From a virus (taxonomy: Duplodnaviria; Caudoviricetes): DNA of 40,504 nucleotides. The position numbers and the translations under genes were made by a program. The notes under the pieces were generated by a model. The model was given only the letters and a program-made list of their open reading frames with translations, ran no database searches and was not told where the DNA came from. Position 1 is the first letter of the stretch; each line of letters starts with the position of its first letter. The stretch lies in the IMG/VR virus record IMGVR_UViG_3300032248_000113, positions 1 to 40,504 of that record; one strand, 5' to 3'. Positions 1 to 9,530 of the stretch are shown piece by piece.

Positions 1-123
1 ATGACGTAGTCGTGGGTAGCCACAGGCTAGGCCGGTGATTGTGCTTCCATTCTACACCCCACGTCCATAGCCAACAGCCGTGTAGGTGAAGTTACGATCA
101 ATGGCCGTACCAGCGGTGTTGCG
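1..123. repeat. Direct terminal repeat, left copy (assembly circularisation overlap)
   Basis: Bases 1-123 are identical to 40382-40504. The gpJ stop and the next gene's start run through the junction. Confidence 0.95.
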
Positions 124-3100
124 GAAAGTCACCGTAAAACCGGTGCCAGTCACCGAAGAAATTACAAAGTAATCACCTGTTGCCATGTTTTGCGCCGTGA
201 TGCCGATGCTTGGCAGCACCGTATTACCAGCAGTGTAAAACGGCTTTTCAAACGTCACGGCCTTTGCCGCAGCACCACTGGCGATGGTTGCAGTGCTTTG
301 ATCGGTGCGTTGCTGAAAGCTAGCCTCATAGCCCAAGCCATCAATGAGGATGTTCTGGGATGTGTTGCTTGAAAGCAGATCAGCGCGGAATTGGAATGCA
401 CGGCCATTGAATGTACCGCTGACAAATTGCTGCCATGCCGACCATGTTGGTGTGCCGCTGGGGTTATCGTTAGTCGCACGCATGTACATCTGCGCATTCA
501 CCTGATCGATTACACCGCCATCAAAATCAGTCCAGAAATCAATCTCCTCTAGCCTAGAATCAATGAGGTTACTTGGGTAAAATCCTCTAGTGACAAAATA
601 CCGCTCAAGGTCAACTGCATAGGCAGCGCCAAAATCCAAGGTATTAGCAAAGTTATATGAGCCTGATGACGCTACATCACCAAGCCAGTTGAATGATGGG
701 ATGGTATCAAAATTAGCTATTGAATCAAGCAATGACGTGCCGTCAAGGCATAGGGCATCAAAGTCATCGCTGTAAAATACGTTTGTTTTTGTTCCTTGAA
801 ATGGTGGTACGTCCTGATCTTCACGGCGTACTGTGGCCGGGTAATAGCCCAGTGCATCAGGGAAATCAACAATAACGCTTGTTTCAGTTGCTGATTGCCT
901 GCCGCCGTCATCCTCAAACTTAACCAGAATTTCACCTTCAACTAATGGCACAATTGCTTCTGTTGCAGCGCCAGCCTTTGCTGGAATCAAGTCAACGGAA
1001 TCACTCCATGTTGCAGCGCCTGTAGTAAGGCTGCTATGGCGAATGTGAACAGTGCCGCCAACTGCTACGTCAAGATCAACAGTTTGTGCCCATCGAAGGC
1101 GTGCACTATTTGCGCTAACTGGTTCAATGGTTAAATCCTGGACATTGCCAGGTAATGCCGTCTTGCCAACAATGTTAAATGCAGCGGCAGCGATAACACT
1201 TGCTTTGCCAAGATTATTGATTGACTGGATTTGAACCTGTAAATTGCCAGCGATCAAGCTATTGATCCGTGCTGATGGCGATGTGGTTGATACAGTTACC
1301 CAGTTGTTGTCATTTAATTTATATTGAAGCCGAAATGTACTAACTTGTTTTGGCGCAATCCAGCTAAGGTCAAGCGCAGTTAGGACGCTATTGCCATCTT
1401 GATATAGGTGCTCAACACCTTGGATACTGCTGACCGGATCCGGTTGTGCTGAAAGATTGGTAATATCACGTGGTTTAATGATTAAATCATTTTCAATTGC
1501 ATCGTAAATTGTTGCGTTGTAGGCTAACGCTGTAATGCCAAACATGCCTGGATCAGTTTCCGTGACAGAAATAACACGGAATGTTTGCAGTTCAATATCT
1601 GTTGTTTCAATTACCCACATCGCTTGAGCATTTGGTGCAGCGCTAAAGGCATTACCAAGTGTGATAGTTGTGCCAGAAATGCTCTGAATTGGCCTTGTTT
1701 CAGCCAAACCAGATGGAAGCATTGCCGTTAGTGTTGCATTGTTTGCAACTACAACTGATAAATCTTCATTGCTATCAATGACCACTGATGAGGTTGTTGC
1801 GCTATGAATACGTCCACCACGGCGCGAGCCAGCTTTCATTGGGTCTGCAATACTGATCACCATACCAGGACGTAAGATGATGCCGCTTTCAATGGAAACC
1901 GCAAACGAAACCGTTTCAGTTAGATTTTGTTCAGTTAGCAACGTCCACAATCCAGCACGCCTAGCCTGTCCTTGGCTATAGCAGCCAAGTAATTTGACAT
2001 CACGATTAATCAAGCCATATTTGCCAATTGCTACTGCGTCTTCGACATATTCAAATTCAACTTCGCCAAGATTATCGTAGGTCTGGTATCCTACGGTTGC
2101 AGTTGTTGCACGCACTTTTTGTGACGTGCCGGAATAATTAAAAATACCTTCGGAAACGTTAGCTGCTGTAATAATATATTGCGGATCAGATGGCTTGTCT
2201 TGATTGACTACCAGCGTTCCAACGCCATAATATGCAATGCCGCGAAATAGTACTGTAAATTCTTGAATGACGTTGTAAACCTCATCCCTGCTATTCAGTA
2301 AAAGATTGCATTGGAAGCGTGGCTCCTGGCTGCCTTTGCCATCATTTACCAATTCATTGCAATACTGACTAATCGAGTAGAAATCATATCGATCCAAACT
2401 GCTTGCCGGAATGGCGGCGCCGTAGCGCGTGTTGGTCAGCAAATCCCATAGGCACCATGCTGGATCTGCGCACCATGTAGCAGCGCCAAATGTGCCATCC
2501 CAGACGCCAGAATAAGTGACACGGCCAAGATAATTGGTAGTATCAACAGTTGCATTACTTGGTAGTTGTACTTTAATACCACGGATCAGATATTTGCGTG
2601 ATGGGATATTATTAAATTGTCTTGAGTCAAAGCGCAATCCAACCAGTGCTGTGTTGGGATAACGAAATTTTTCGTCAATGATTTCTGTATAGCTGTACCA
2701 GTAGGTGAGGTTTTGATTTCGTGCGCTTCCAGAATCCGCCGAATCGCGCACAACGCGCACATCAACCGGGAACGCGCCAGTCAATGAGATAATGTAATCG
2801 CGCTGATACCTATTGGTCGTCTTGCCGCTAATAGTGTCACTTATGACGGTAATAAAACCGCCAGAATTATACTGCACTTGAATAGAAATACTGACATTGT
2901 TTCCGATAATATCCCCATCGTCTTCAATAATTTGCAGAGCAGGCACTTGAACTGTGACGCGCACACGATCAACGTCAGTGTCTGTAATTGAACGGGTGAC
3001 AGGCACACCATATTTTGCTTCTACATTAACAGCTTTTTCAGATTCAATGCCACCAGATAAGTTGGTAATTGCCGATTGCGCTTGCGTGCCATTACGCGTT

Positions 3101-3366
3101 GCAATTGTGTAGCCAGTAAAATTATCGTCTCCGCTGCTACTTTGTACTGGTGTGCCATCTAGATAAATGCTGTTGTATCCATTATCAAGGCCAGCAATTT
3201 CACCTTCACTAAGCAAATCTAGTACATTTGCATATTGTACGGATTGCAGCGAATCATCCTGTTCTGTTGGTGTATGCGCTTGGCCACCGCCACCACCACC
3301 GCCACCTTTGCCACCGCCGCCACTACCACCGCCGCCGCCGCCAGAACCCTGGATAAATTCAATCAT
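52..3366 (-). CDS. Tail tip / host-specificity protein, lambda gpJ-like
   Basis: 1104 aa with LSEGEIAGL, YPNTALVG, DPAWCLWDLLTNTRYG and EPRFQCN motifs and FnIII-like segments. Follows the L-K-I genes. Confidence 0.93.
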   Translation of the reverse strand: MIEFIQGSGGGGGGSGGGGKGGGGGGGGQAHTPTEQDDSLQSVQYANVLDLLSEGEIAGLDNGYNSIYLDGTPVQSSSGDDNFTGYTIATRNGTQAQSAITNLSGGIESEKAVNVEAKYGVPVTRSITDTDVDRVRVTVQVPALQIIEDDGDIIGNNVSISIQVQYNSGGFITVISDTISGKTTNRYQRDYIISLTGAFPVDVRVVRDSADSGSARNQNLTYWYSYTEIIDEKFRYPNTALVGLRFDSRQFNNIPSRKYLIRGIKVQLPSNATVDTTNYLGRVTYSGVWDGTFGAATWCADPAWCLWDLLTNTRYGAAIPASSLDRYDFYSISQYCNELVNDGKGSQEPRFQCNLLLNSRDEVYNVIQEFTVLFRGIAYYGVGTLVVNQDKPSDPQYIITAANVSEGIFNYSGTSQKVRATTATVGYQTYDNLGEVEFEYVEDAVAIGKYGLINRDVKLLGCYSQGQARRAGLWTLLTEQNLTETVSFAVSIESGIILRPGMVISIADPMKAGSRRGGRIHSATTSSVVIDSNEDLSVVVANNATLTAMLPSGLAETRPIQSISGTTITLGNAFSAAPNAQAMWVIETTDIELQTFRVISVTETDPGMFGITALAYNATIYDAIENDLIIKPRDITNLSAQPDPVSSIQGVEHLYQDGNSVLTALDLSWIAPKQVSTFRLQYKLNDNNWVTVSTTSPSARINSLIAGNLQVQIQSINNLGKASVIAAAAFNIVGKTALPGNVQDLTIEPVSANSARLRWAQTVDLDVAVGGTVHIRHSSLTTGAATWSDSVDLIPAKAGAATEAIVPLVEGEILVKFEDDGGRQSATETSVIVDFPDALGYYPATVRREDQDVPPFQGTKTNVFYSDDFDALCLDGTSLLDSIANFDTIPSFNWLGDVASSGSYNFANTLDFGAAYAVDLERYFVTRGFYPSNLIDSRLEEIDFWTDFDGGVIDQVNAQMYMRATNDNPSGTPTWSAWQQFVSGTFNGRAFQFRADLLSSNTSQNILIDGLGYEASFQQRTDQSTATIASGAAAKAVTFEKPFYTAGNTVLPSIGITAQNMATGDYFVISSVTGTGFTVTFRNTAGTAIDRNFTYTAVGYGRGV

Positions 3367-4013
3367 GATTGATCCACATCAAGGCCACTGCTAATTACGG
3401 CAGATCCGACGTATGCTCGACCGTAGCAAACTGGAACTGGCATTCCCTGTTGAGTGGTATTGACAATACCAGAAAAACTGGATGATTCAAGCCGTGCTGC
3501 TTCCCTGCCACGCTCCAGGCTAGAGAATGTTGGTGTTGGTGATAGCATTTGCGCAACGCCGCCCAAAATAAGGCTGGCGCCAATACCGCTAATTGCTGTT
3601 CCAAGTGTTGTCAGTAATCCCATCGTGCCAGATGTTGCGGCAGCACCAAGTAAGCCTGTTGTACCAAATAAGCCAGCACCAGGCAAGATGAAAGACAACG
3701 CAATCAATCCGATACCAGCAAATATCGAACCTGTACTGCCCCCGGCACCAGCCACAACTGGCGTGATACTAAATACCTCGCGTTCACTCCATGGCATTAG
3801 TAAGGTGCCAGCATCAGATTCACCGATTTGTTCCTTTCCGATTGTTACCCGATAGCCAACGCCATTCTGCTCGCTATCAATCAGCCACTTGTCAAGGCCA
3901 GGAAAATTAACACACAATGCCTTGATTGCTTGGGCAGGCGTATCAGCCTCGAACTGAAAGCGGCATTGCCCTAGCCGTTTGCGTAGGGCGCCGTAGACCT
4001 TAACGACTTTCAT
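3363..4013 (-). CDS. Tail assembly protein, lambda gpI-like
   Basis: N-terminal ubiquitin-like (beta-grasp) region ending PVVAGAGG, then a Gly-rich hydrophobic segment and the GMPVPVCYG motif. Confidence 0.9.
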   Translation of the reverse strand: MKVVKVYGALRKRLGQCRFQFEADTPAQAIKALCVNFPGLDKWLIDSEQNGVGYRVTIGKEQIGESDAGTLLMPWSEREVFSITPVVAGAGGSTGSIFAGIGLIALSFILPGAGLFGTTGLLGAAATSGTMGLLTTLGTAISGIGASLILGGVAQMLSPTPTFSSLERGREAARLESSSFSGIVNTTQQGMPVPVCYGRAYVGSAVISSGLDVDQS

Positions 4014-4713
4014 GCCGCAAGACCATGGCAGTGTTCTTTACATAATAGCTTCCAAATACGTCACGACTGCTTAGGCGGCCTTGGATGTGATGCAAGATCT
4101 GCTGATCGCCAATGTAGATAGCGGCATGATTTGGCAAGTTTGATCCAAGTTGCATCAGCAAGGCGTCGCCATATTGCAACTCTTCAAACGGAATTTTGTG
4201 GAATCCTTCGCGGTGAAAATTGTCTGCGTATAGGTTCTCACCGCGTTCCCAGAACAGGTCACGGCGTTCGTAATCATTGAGTTGTAAGCCAAACTCTTTG
4301 CCGTACCAATCACGGCATAACGTGTAGCAGTCCACTACGCCAAACACAAATTCGCGGCCAACGTATGGCAGCTCAAAACCACTTGGCTTGCAGTAGCCCC
4401 AGCCTTCCGTCTTGGGATTGACAATAAACCATGGAAGGCCTGACTTTTCACATGCCACACGATCTGCATCTGATGGCGCTGGGTTGGTCGATGGGTGGCT
4501 GTGGACAATAGCAACGATCTCGCCTTTATCTTCTATTGCTGCGTAGTCTTTACCACTTAGTACAAAATGCTCATCTGGTGTCTCGGCAATGTTACGGCAT
4601 GGGAAGTACCTTCGGCGACCTTTGATAACTGCAATTAGACCACAGCATTCCCGTGGATCTTCGCTTTGAGCGTGTTCTAAAATTTGAACTTTAATTGTAT
4701 CCGTTAGTTTCAT
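4000..4713 (-). CDS. Tail assembly protein, lambda gpK-like (JAB/MPN plus NlpC/P60)
   Basis: JAB motif PRECCG...HSHP...PSDAD, followed by NlpC/P60 motif DCYTL...NHAAIY...LHH. Confidence 0.92.
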   Translation of the reverse strand: MKLTDTIKVQILEHAQSEDPRECCGLIAVIKGRRRYFPCRNIAETPDEHFVLSGKDYAAIEDKGEIVAIVHSHPSTNPAPSDADRVACEKSGLPWFIVNPKTEGWGYCKPSGFELPYVGREFVFGVVDCYTLCRDWYGKEFGLQLNDYERRDLFWERGENLYADNFHREGFHKIPFEELQYGDALLMQLGSNLPNHAAIYIGDQQILHHIQGRLSSRDVFGSYYVKNTAMVLRHESR

Positions 4714-5603
4714 TGCACCAATCCAGCTCCAGGGAAACTACCAAAGGGAAGTTCAGCAGTAGCGCCAAAGCGTAGTTTGCACGATGAAATTCGCTTGCCG
4801 CATACGTCTTGACTTAGCGTTCCAACTACTTGGTCTTGATCATTCCAATAATTTGAACCAGTATATCCGCATTCACCGCTACGATATTGCCATTGGCAAA
4901 CATTGGCGATAATTTGACGGCGTGGCAGCATTACGCCAGCAAGGTCAAATTTACTGGCAAGTTCAAATTCAACAACTGACCGGTTTTCGCTTGATTTGCG
5001 ATCAACGTACCAAACTTCATCTGGAAATTTAGCGTGCGGATCGGCGCTTGTTTGACCGTCAAGATATTTTTTTAATGTACGAATGCGTGTTACCTTGGCG
5101 CCACCCAAGTCATTGCCTGCTGTAACTAAATTAACGCTAAGCAGAATTGCTGTGATGCTGCTACCAACATTGCTTACAGTAAGTTTAGGCCTTGGAAGGC
5201 TGCCGGTACTTGAGTAATCAAAGCCAGTTGCTTCAATAGGCAGCCTTGCGTATGTTTGGCTATTCCATACGATATTACCAGTCACAGAAGCATTGACACC
5301 ATTGTGGAAATAGTAGATGTCACTATTGCCGTGTAATGTGCTATCTAATTGCAGTTGAAACAATTCAATAATAGCGTTTGGTGTTAAAACGCTTAGATCT
5401 TCATAAACTGCACTAATTGCCGTCCATGTAACGCTACCGTCAACAGTAGTACTATCAATCAGCGTTGGCCATACCGGTTGCGTAGCGCCTGACGTGCCCG
5501 CCGTGGTGCATTGAAACACCAGGCCAAAGTCCTGCACCGTAGTGGCGCGGACAATGGTGCCAACGGCATAGCTGGTAGTAGCGGCCCAGGCTGTATATGC
5601 CAT
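4710..5603 (-). CDS. Minor tail protein, lambda gpL-like, with an N-terminal extension
   Basis: IELFQL, PKLTVSN and VEFELAS motifs, a C-terminal four-Cys cluster (CQWQYRSGECGY...CGKRISSC) and FGSFPG. Confidence 0.9.
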   Translation of the reverse strand: MAYTAWAATTSYAVGTIVRATTVQDFGLVFQCTTAGTSGATQPVWPTLIDSTTVDGSVTWTAISAVYEDLSVLTPNAIIELFQLQLDSTLHGNSDIYYFHNGVNASVTGNIVWNSQTYARLPIEATGFDYSSTGSLPRPKLTVSNVGSSITAILLSVNLVTAGNDLGGAKVTRIRTLKKYLDGQTSADPHAKFPDEVWYVDRKSSENRSVVEFELASKFDLAGVMLPRRQIIANVCQWQYRSGECGYTGSNYWNDQDQVVGTLSQDVCGKRISSCKLRFGATAELPFGSFPGAGLVQ

Positions 5604-5941
5604 TAGGGTTCAAATACCTGCACAAATGTAGCCTGAAGTGTTGCGCGGTTTAGATATGGGATAGATTTGCTCCATTCCGCGCATATGTATTTACCGCTGC
5701 TTGCCTCTGCTGGTGGTGTCCAGTCGAATGATTCTTGTGCAGCGCGTGCATCAAGGAATGTTTCAATCGTATCTGCATCGGTTTCCGATACCTCCCATGT
5801 AAGGCTCCAGCTTTTGGGGTTTTGGTTCAAACCAAAGACAGCACGCATTTCATAGCCATCGCCGTACTGGACCTTCGTTACCTTAGGCTGGCTGCTCTTC
5901 TGGGCGCCGTATGTAGGTGTGATGCTAGGGAAGGTTGCCAT
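5603..5941 (-). CDS. Distal tail protein, lambda gpM-like
   Basis: YGDGYE...GLN...FLDAR...SFDWTPP...ATFVQVFEP pattern, directly after the tape measure gene. Confidence 0.9.
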   Translation of the reverse strand: MATFPSITPTYGAQKSSQPKVTKVQYGDGYEMRAVFGLNQNPKSWSLTWEVSETDADTIETFLDARAAQESFDWTPPAEASSGKYICAEWSKSIPYLNRATLQATFVQVFEP

Positions 5942-8133
5942 TAGCGTCTGGTGGTGGCCAGAAGGCCGCCAGGGCGTTGCTGTTTGACCAATTCTGCCTG
6001 TACAGCAGCCGATATGGCAACACCAAGCTGGCGACTTTGCGATTGGTCGCCTTGAACACTGGAGTTGCTTGCATCGACGTTAACCACAACGCTGGTGCCG
6101 CCGCCGCCTAAGGCGTTGTTAGGGATAATGCTGCCGCCCCTGGAAGGCATGAATAGCTCTGGACCGCGCTCGCCTACTAGATACGGGCTGCCGGCGCTCA
6201 CAGGGCCTCCTAGGGCCCTTGGCTTGAATAGACCACCAAGTAAGCCCCCGCCAGTACCGGTGCCGCTCATCGCACCAAACAATGCCATGTTAACCGCTAC
6301 ATCAAGAATCTTATTTGCAATGTTATTTAATACATTAGCAGCAACTTCACCTAAGCTCTTAGTGCCATTGACTGCACCTTGGATTGCATCAACAATGCCA
6401 GACTTAATTGACATACCAATGTCAGAATAAACTGCTTTTAGTTGTTCCATTTGTGTTAATTGTTTCTGCAATGCTTGATTTTTAGTAACAACTGCTTCAA
6501 CATCGCGCAATTGCAATGTGGGATTATCGCGCATAATTTGTTGAATTAACAAGCGTTTTTGATATTCAAGTTCTGTCCCATTAAGTTTTGCTTGCATAAG
6601 ATCATTTTCTTGAATCGTTGGCCTAATTGCCGCTTCCGCCTGCTTTGCTACTGCAATTTGATTTAAGATAAGTTGCTGCTGTGTATCACGTTGCGCAATA
6701 GTTGCATCTTGCATTAAAGATACAATTTTGCGTTGTTTTTCCAGTGGTGTAATTTTATCATATTCAAGTTTTGCAGCAGATGCACTAATCTGGGCTAATT
6801 TTTTTTGTCCTTCCAGTCTTATTGCTGTTTCTTTATCATTTCGCAGATTGGCTTCAAATATCTTATTATCAATTCCATAAATTTGCTTTTTAAGATCAAA
6901 TTCAATTGCAATATCACCAAGTGAGTTTTTAAGGCGCAATGCTTCGGCTGCTGCTCTTTTTGCAGCGGCTTCACCTGATTTATCCTTTTTAGGTGCTTCT
7001 GCTAGCAATGCTGGCACACCCGTTGGTTTAACAACGCTAGCTCTAGCCGCATTCAATTGTTTTTGTGCATCTAAATTTTGATTGATTTTTTGAAAAATTA
7101 CACCTTGCAATTTTTTCGCTCGTTCTCCATTTGGATCACTTGCATTAATGCGTTGAAGAGTTGCTTGGTAATTTGCAAGCGCTTGTAAATTCTGTTGAAT
7201 GCCAGCTTTGTTTTTTTGATTGCTGATTTGACCAAGGCCTTTAGCAACACGATCAATTCCATCAGATGTTGCTCCAAGGCTAATAGCTGCATTCGCGCCA
7301 GCAAGATTTCTTGTAATTCCACCGCCACGTCCAGCCGCCAATACTGCATTTATTGCATCAAGTGTTTGTATTGCTTGGGTTAAGATTGCTTTTAATGCTG
7401 GCGCTAAAACTGTGCCGATAGTTCTAGCAAGTTGCTCTATACCATCCGTAAGAGTGCTGAACTTGCCTTGTAGTGTTTCACTTTGTGCAATAGCACCATT
7501 GGCGTACTTGCCACCAGCATCTGTAAGCCGTTCAATTGCGACTTGAACAGCTTCTGCGCTGATACGGCCTTTGCTTAGTGCTTTTTGAAATTCTTCTCCA
7601 GTTAGCCCATACATCTTTCGCAATTCTTCTTGCAGCGCAATACCACGCTCTTGAAATTGCAGTAGTTCTTCACCTTGTAACCGGCCTTTGGCTTGAACTT
7701 GACCGTATGCAGTCACCAGGCCCTGTAGTTCAGCACCGGTAGCGCCAGAAACATCGGCTAGGCGTCTAGTGGTTTCGACAACCTTGTTACTTTCAACGCC
7801 AAACGCATTTAATCTTTTGGCGGCATCAATAAGTTCGGTGCTGGTAAATGGTGTTACCGAACCAAGCTGTTGCAGTTCTTGAATGATAGATTTAGCTTGT
7901 TGGACGCTACCAGTAAGAACCTGAAGACTTTTTGTTTGTGTTTCAAGTTCTGCTGTTTTAGCAAAAACAAATTTCAATGCTGAAACAGCGGTAAATGCGC
8001 CAACTAATCCAGTAACTGCATTTTTTATTCCATTGACCGCGCTTTCTGTTGTTTTAGATGCTGCGCTTACATCACGCAACCCTCTTACAGCACCTTGGCT
8101 GTTTACCTGAATATCGAGAACTGAAACAGCCAC
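5941..8133 (-). CDS. Tail tape measure protein
   Basis: 730 aa, helical and Ala/Gln-rich, with a tape-measure domain (TPFTSTEL...YGQVQAKGRLQGEELLQFQERGI) and a C-terminal RALGGPV...YLVGERGPELFMP motif. Confidence 0.93.
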   Translation of the reverse strand: MAVSVLDIQVNSQGAVRGLRDVSAASKTTESAVNGIKNAVTGLVGAFTAVSALKFVFAKTAELETQTKSLQVLTGSVQQAKSIIQELQQLGSVTPFTSTELIDAAKRLNAFGVESNKVVETTRRLADVSGATGAELQGLVTAYGQVQAKGRLQGEELLQFQERGIALQEELRKMYGLTGEEFQKALSKGRISAEAVQVAIERLTDAGGKYANGAIAQSETLQGKFSTLTDGIEQLARTIGTVLAPALKAILTQAIQTLDAINAVLAAGRGGGITRNLAGANAAISLGATSDGIDRVAKGLGQISNQKNKAGIQQNLQALANYQATLQRINASDPNGERAKKLQGVIFQKINQNLDAQKQLNAARASVVKPTGVPALLAEAPKKDKSGEAAAKRAAAEALRLKNSLGDIAIEFDLKKQIYGIDNKIFEANLRNDKETAIRLEGQKKLAQISASAAKLEYDKITPLEKQRKIVSLMQDATIAQRDTQQQLILNQIAVAKQAEAAIRPTIQENDLMQAKLNGTELEYQKRLLIQQIMRDNPTLQLRDVEAVVTKNQALQKQLTQMEQLKAVYSDIGMSIKSGIVDAIQGAVNGTKSLGEVAANVLNNIANKILDVAVNMALFGAMSGTGTGGGLLGGLFKPRALGGPVSAGSPYLVGERGPELFMPSRGGSIIPNNALGGGGTSVVVNVDASNSSVQGDQSQSRQLGVAISAAVQAELVKQQRPGGLLATTRR

Positions 8134-8157
8134 TACTAGACCGACCTTTCCGCCAGT

Positions 8158-8343
8158 CTAGCGGCGCTGCTTTGCCTTATCCATTTCTTCGCGTTCACGC
8201 TTGCCTTTCAGCTCATAATATGCGGCGAAATGGATAAACTCAGCATCGGTAAGTTCTTGCCGAAGCCGGCTTACGGTCATGCCTAACTCAGTGGCTAGAA
8301 ACATTTCAAAGTAAAGCCAGCTATCGGCCTCTAGTCGTTTTTT
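8158..8343 (-). CDS. Tail assembly chaperone gpT segment, reached by -1 frameshift from gpG
   Basis: Not in the ORF track. The -1 frame after A-AAA-AAC reads RLEADSWLYFEMFLATELGMTVSRLRQELTDAEFIHFAAYYELKGKREREEMDKAKQRR* with TAG at 8158-8160. Confidence 0.85.
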   Translation of the reverse strand, partial: KKRLEADSWLYFEMFLATELGMTVSRLRQELTDAEFIHFAAYYELKGKREREEMDKAKQRR

Positions 8344-8687
8344 GCTTCGTCCAGCGATTCAGCCGCACCAAGCCCAAACAAGAACAACTCAAGTTCGTTT
8401 AGCACTGATTCAGGTAGCTCGCGCTGGAGCTTAACGGCATCAGCCGCCGCAAATGCCTTGGTGCCATCTTCCAGCTCCGCCATATGACATAGCATCTGGG
8501 TGCTGATGTCTAGTGCCTCTTCGCTGGTCGCTAGGGCAGTAGCACGTTTGCGATCAGCGCGGGTGATCGGCTTGAAATACAACGACAGCACAATGCTGCC
8601 ATCTTCTTTCTTGATATTAAACCGGCGGCGCTGGTTGAGATCAAAAGCCCCGGCGAGCAAGTCAACGGGGCGGGTTATGGCAGGCAT
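8331..8687 (-). CDS. Tail assembly chaperone, gpG-like
   Basis: Lies between the tail tube and tape measure genes and ends EAKND* over a slippery heptamer. Confidence 0.82.
   Translation of the reverse strand: MPAITRPVDLLAGAFDLNQRRRFNIKKEDGSIVLSLYFKPITRADRKRATALATSEEALDISTQMLCHMAELEDGTKAFAAADAVKLQRELPESVLNELELFLFGLGAAESLDEAKND
8337..8343 (-). promoter_or_regulatory. Programmed -1 frameshift slippery site A AAA AAC
   Basis: Minus strand reads GCA AAA AAC GAC TAG, an X XXY YYZ heptamer in the correct phase, and the -1 frame is open. Confidence 0.85.
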
Positions 8688-9106
8688 TAGATCGATGTCG
8701 TGATGGCGCCATTCATGGTGAAGTTAATTGTCACCATTTCAAGCTCGCCTACTGTAGCACCATAGTCAGTAGAAGTAATCACGATGCTGCCGGTGATTTT
8801 TTTGCCGCCGGTTTCATCAAGATACAACTCAACAAAGGCATTGCCTTCATCAGTAGCGGTGTTGACATCCCTGATTAGATCCAGCTTATCACCAGCGCTA
8901 GGTGCATCGTACATCACCTCCATACTGCCACTACCGGCGATTAGGCCGCCGACGTTAGCCTTGTAGGTAGCACCTTGGGCAGTGGTCTCTAGGACGTCCT
9001 TCTCGACGGTCATAGACCATGAACGCACGGCAGCAATTTCGGAGATGCCGCCGCTGCTGTCCTTATCAAAAAAGATCGTACCTTGTTCGCCGCGATAAAA
9101 AGCCAT
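8687..9106 (-). CDS. Major tail (tube) protein, paralog B
   Basis: 139 aa, beta-rich; MAFYRGEQG...RSWSMTVEKDVLETT; lies directly before the chaperone gene. Confidence 0.8.
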   Translation of the reverse strand: MAFYRGEQGTIFFDKDSSGGISEIAAVRSWSMTVEKDVLETTAQGATYKANVGGLIAGSGSMEVMYDAPSAGDKLDLIRDVNTATDEGNAFVELYLDETGGKKITGSIVITSTDYGATVGELEMVTINFTMNGAITTSI

Positions 9107-9108
9107 GA

Positions 9109-9528
9109 TTAAATGGTTGAGGTGGTAATGGTGCCGGTGGTCACAAAGTTACAGGTAATAATCTCCAGCTCGCCCACGGTAGCACCATAATCCGCTGAGG
9201 TAATCAAACCAGCAAAGCTGATCTTTTTTGTGCCAGTGGTATCAAGGAATAGCTCAAAGGTTGCTACTCCTTGATCAGTTGCGGTATTTGCAGCCGTAAT
9301 AAATGTTTTAGTTTCATCAGCGCTGCTTGCAGTGTACATCAATTCAACACTGCCACTACCAGCAATCAATCCGCCGATATTGGATTTGTAGGTGGCGCCA
9401 AGCGCGGTGGTTTCCAGCACATCCTTTTCAATGGTCATCGACCATGAACGTGTAGAGGCAATGGTGGTGTTAGCAGAGCCGGCATCGTCAAACTTGACGG
9501 AACCTTGCTCACCGCGATAGAAAGCCAT
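9109..9528 (-). CDS. Major tail (tube) protein, paralog A
   Basis: 139 aa; MAFYRGEQG...RSWSMTIEKDVLETT; follows the tail terminator gene. Confidence 0.8.
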   Translation of the reverse strand: MAFYRGEQGSVKFDDAGSANTTIASTRSWSMTIEKDVLETTALGATYKSNIGGLIAGSGSVELMYTASSADETKTFITAANTATDQGVATFELFLDTTGTKKISFAGLITSADYGATVGELEIITCNFVTTGTITTSTI

Positions 9529-9530
9529 GG

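Noticed and set aside
1-123. Terminal repeat as a biological DTR or att site
   Set aside because: It cuts through coding sequence (the gpJ end and the next gene's start), which fits an assembler overlap of a circular or permuted genome better than a physical terminus.
3167-3394. Poly-proline ORF on the plus strand
   Set aside because: It is the antisense shadow of the gpJ poly-Gly codons.
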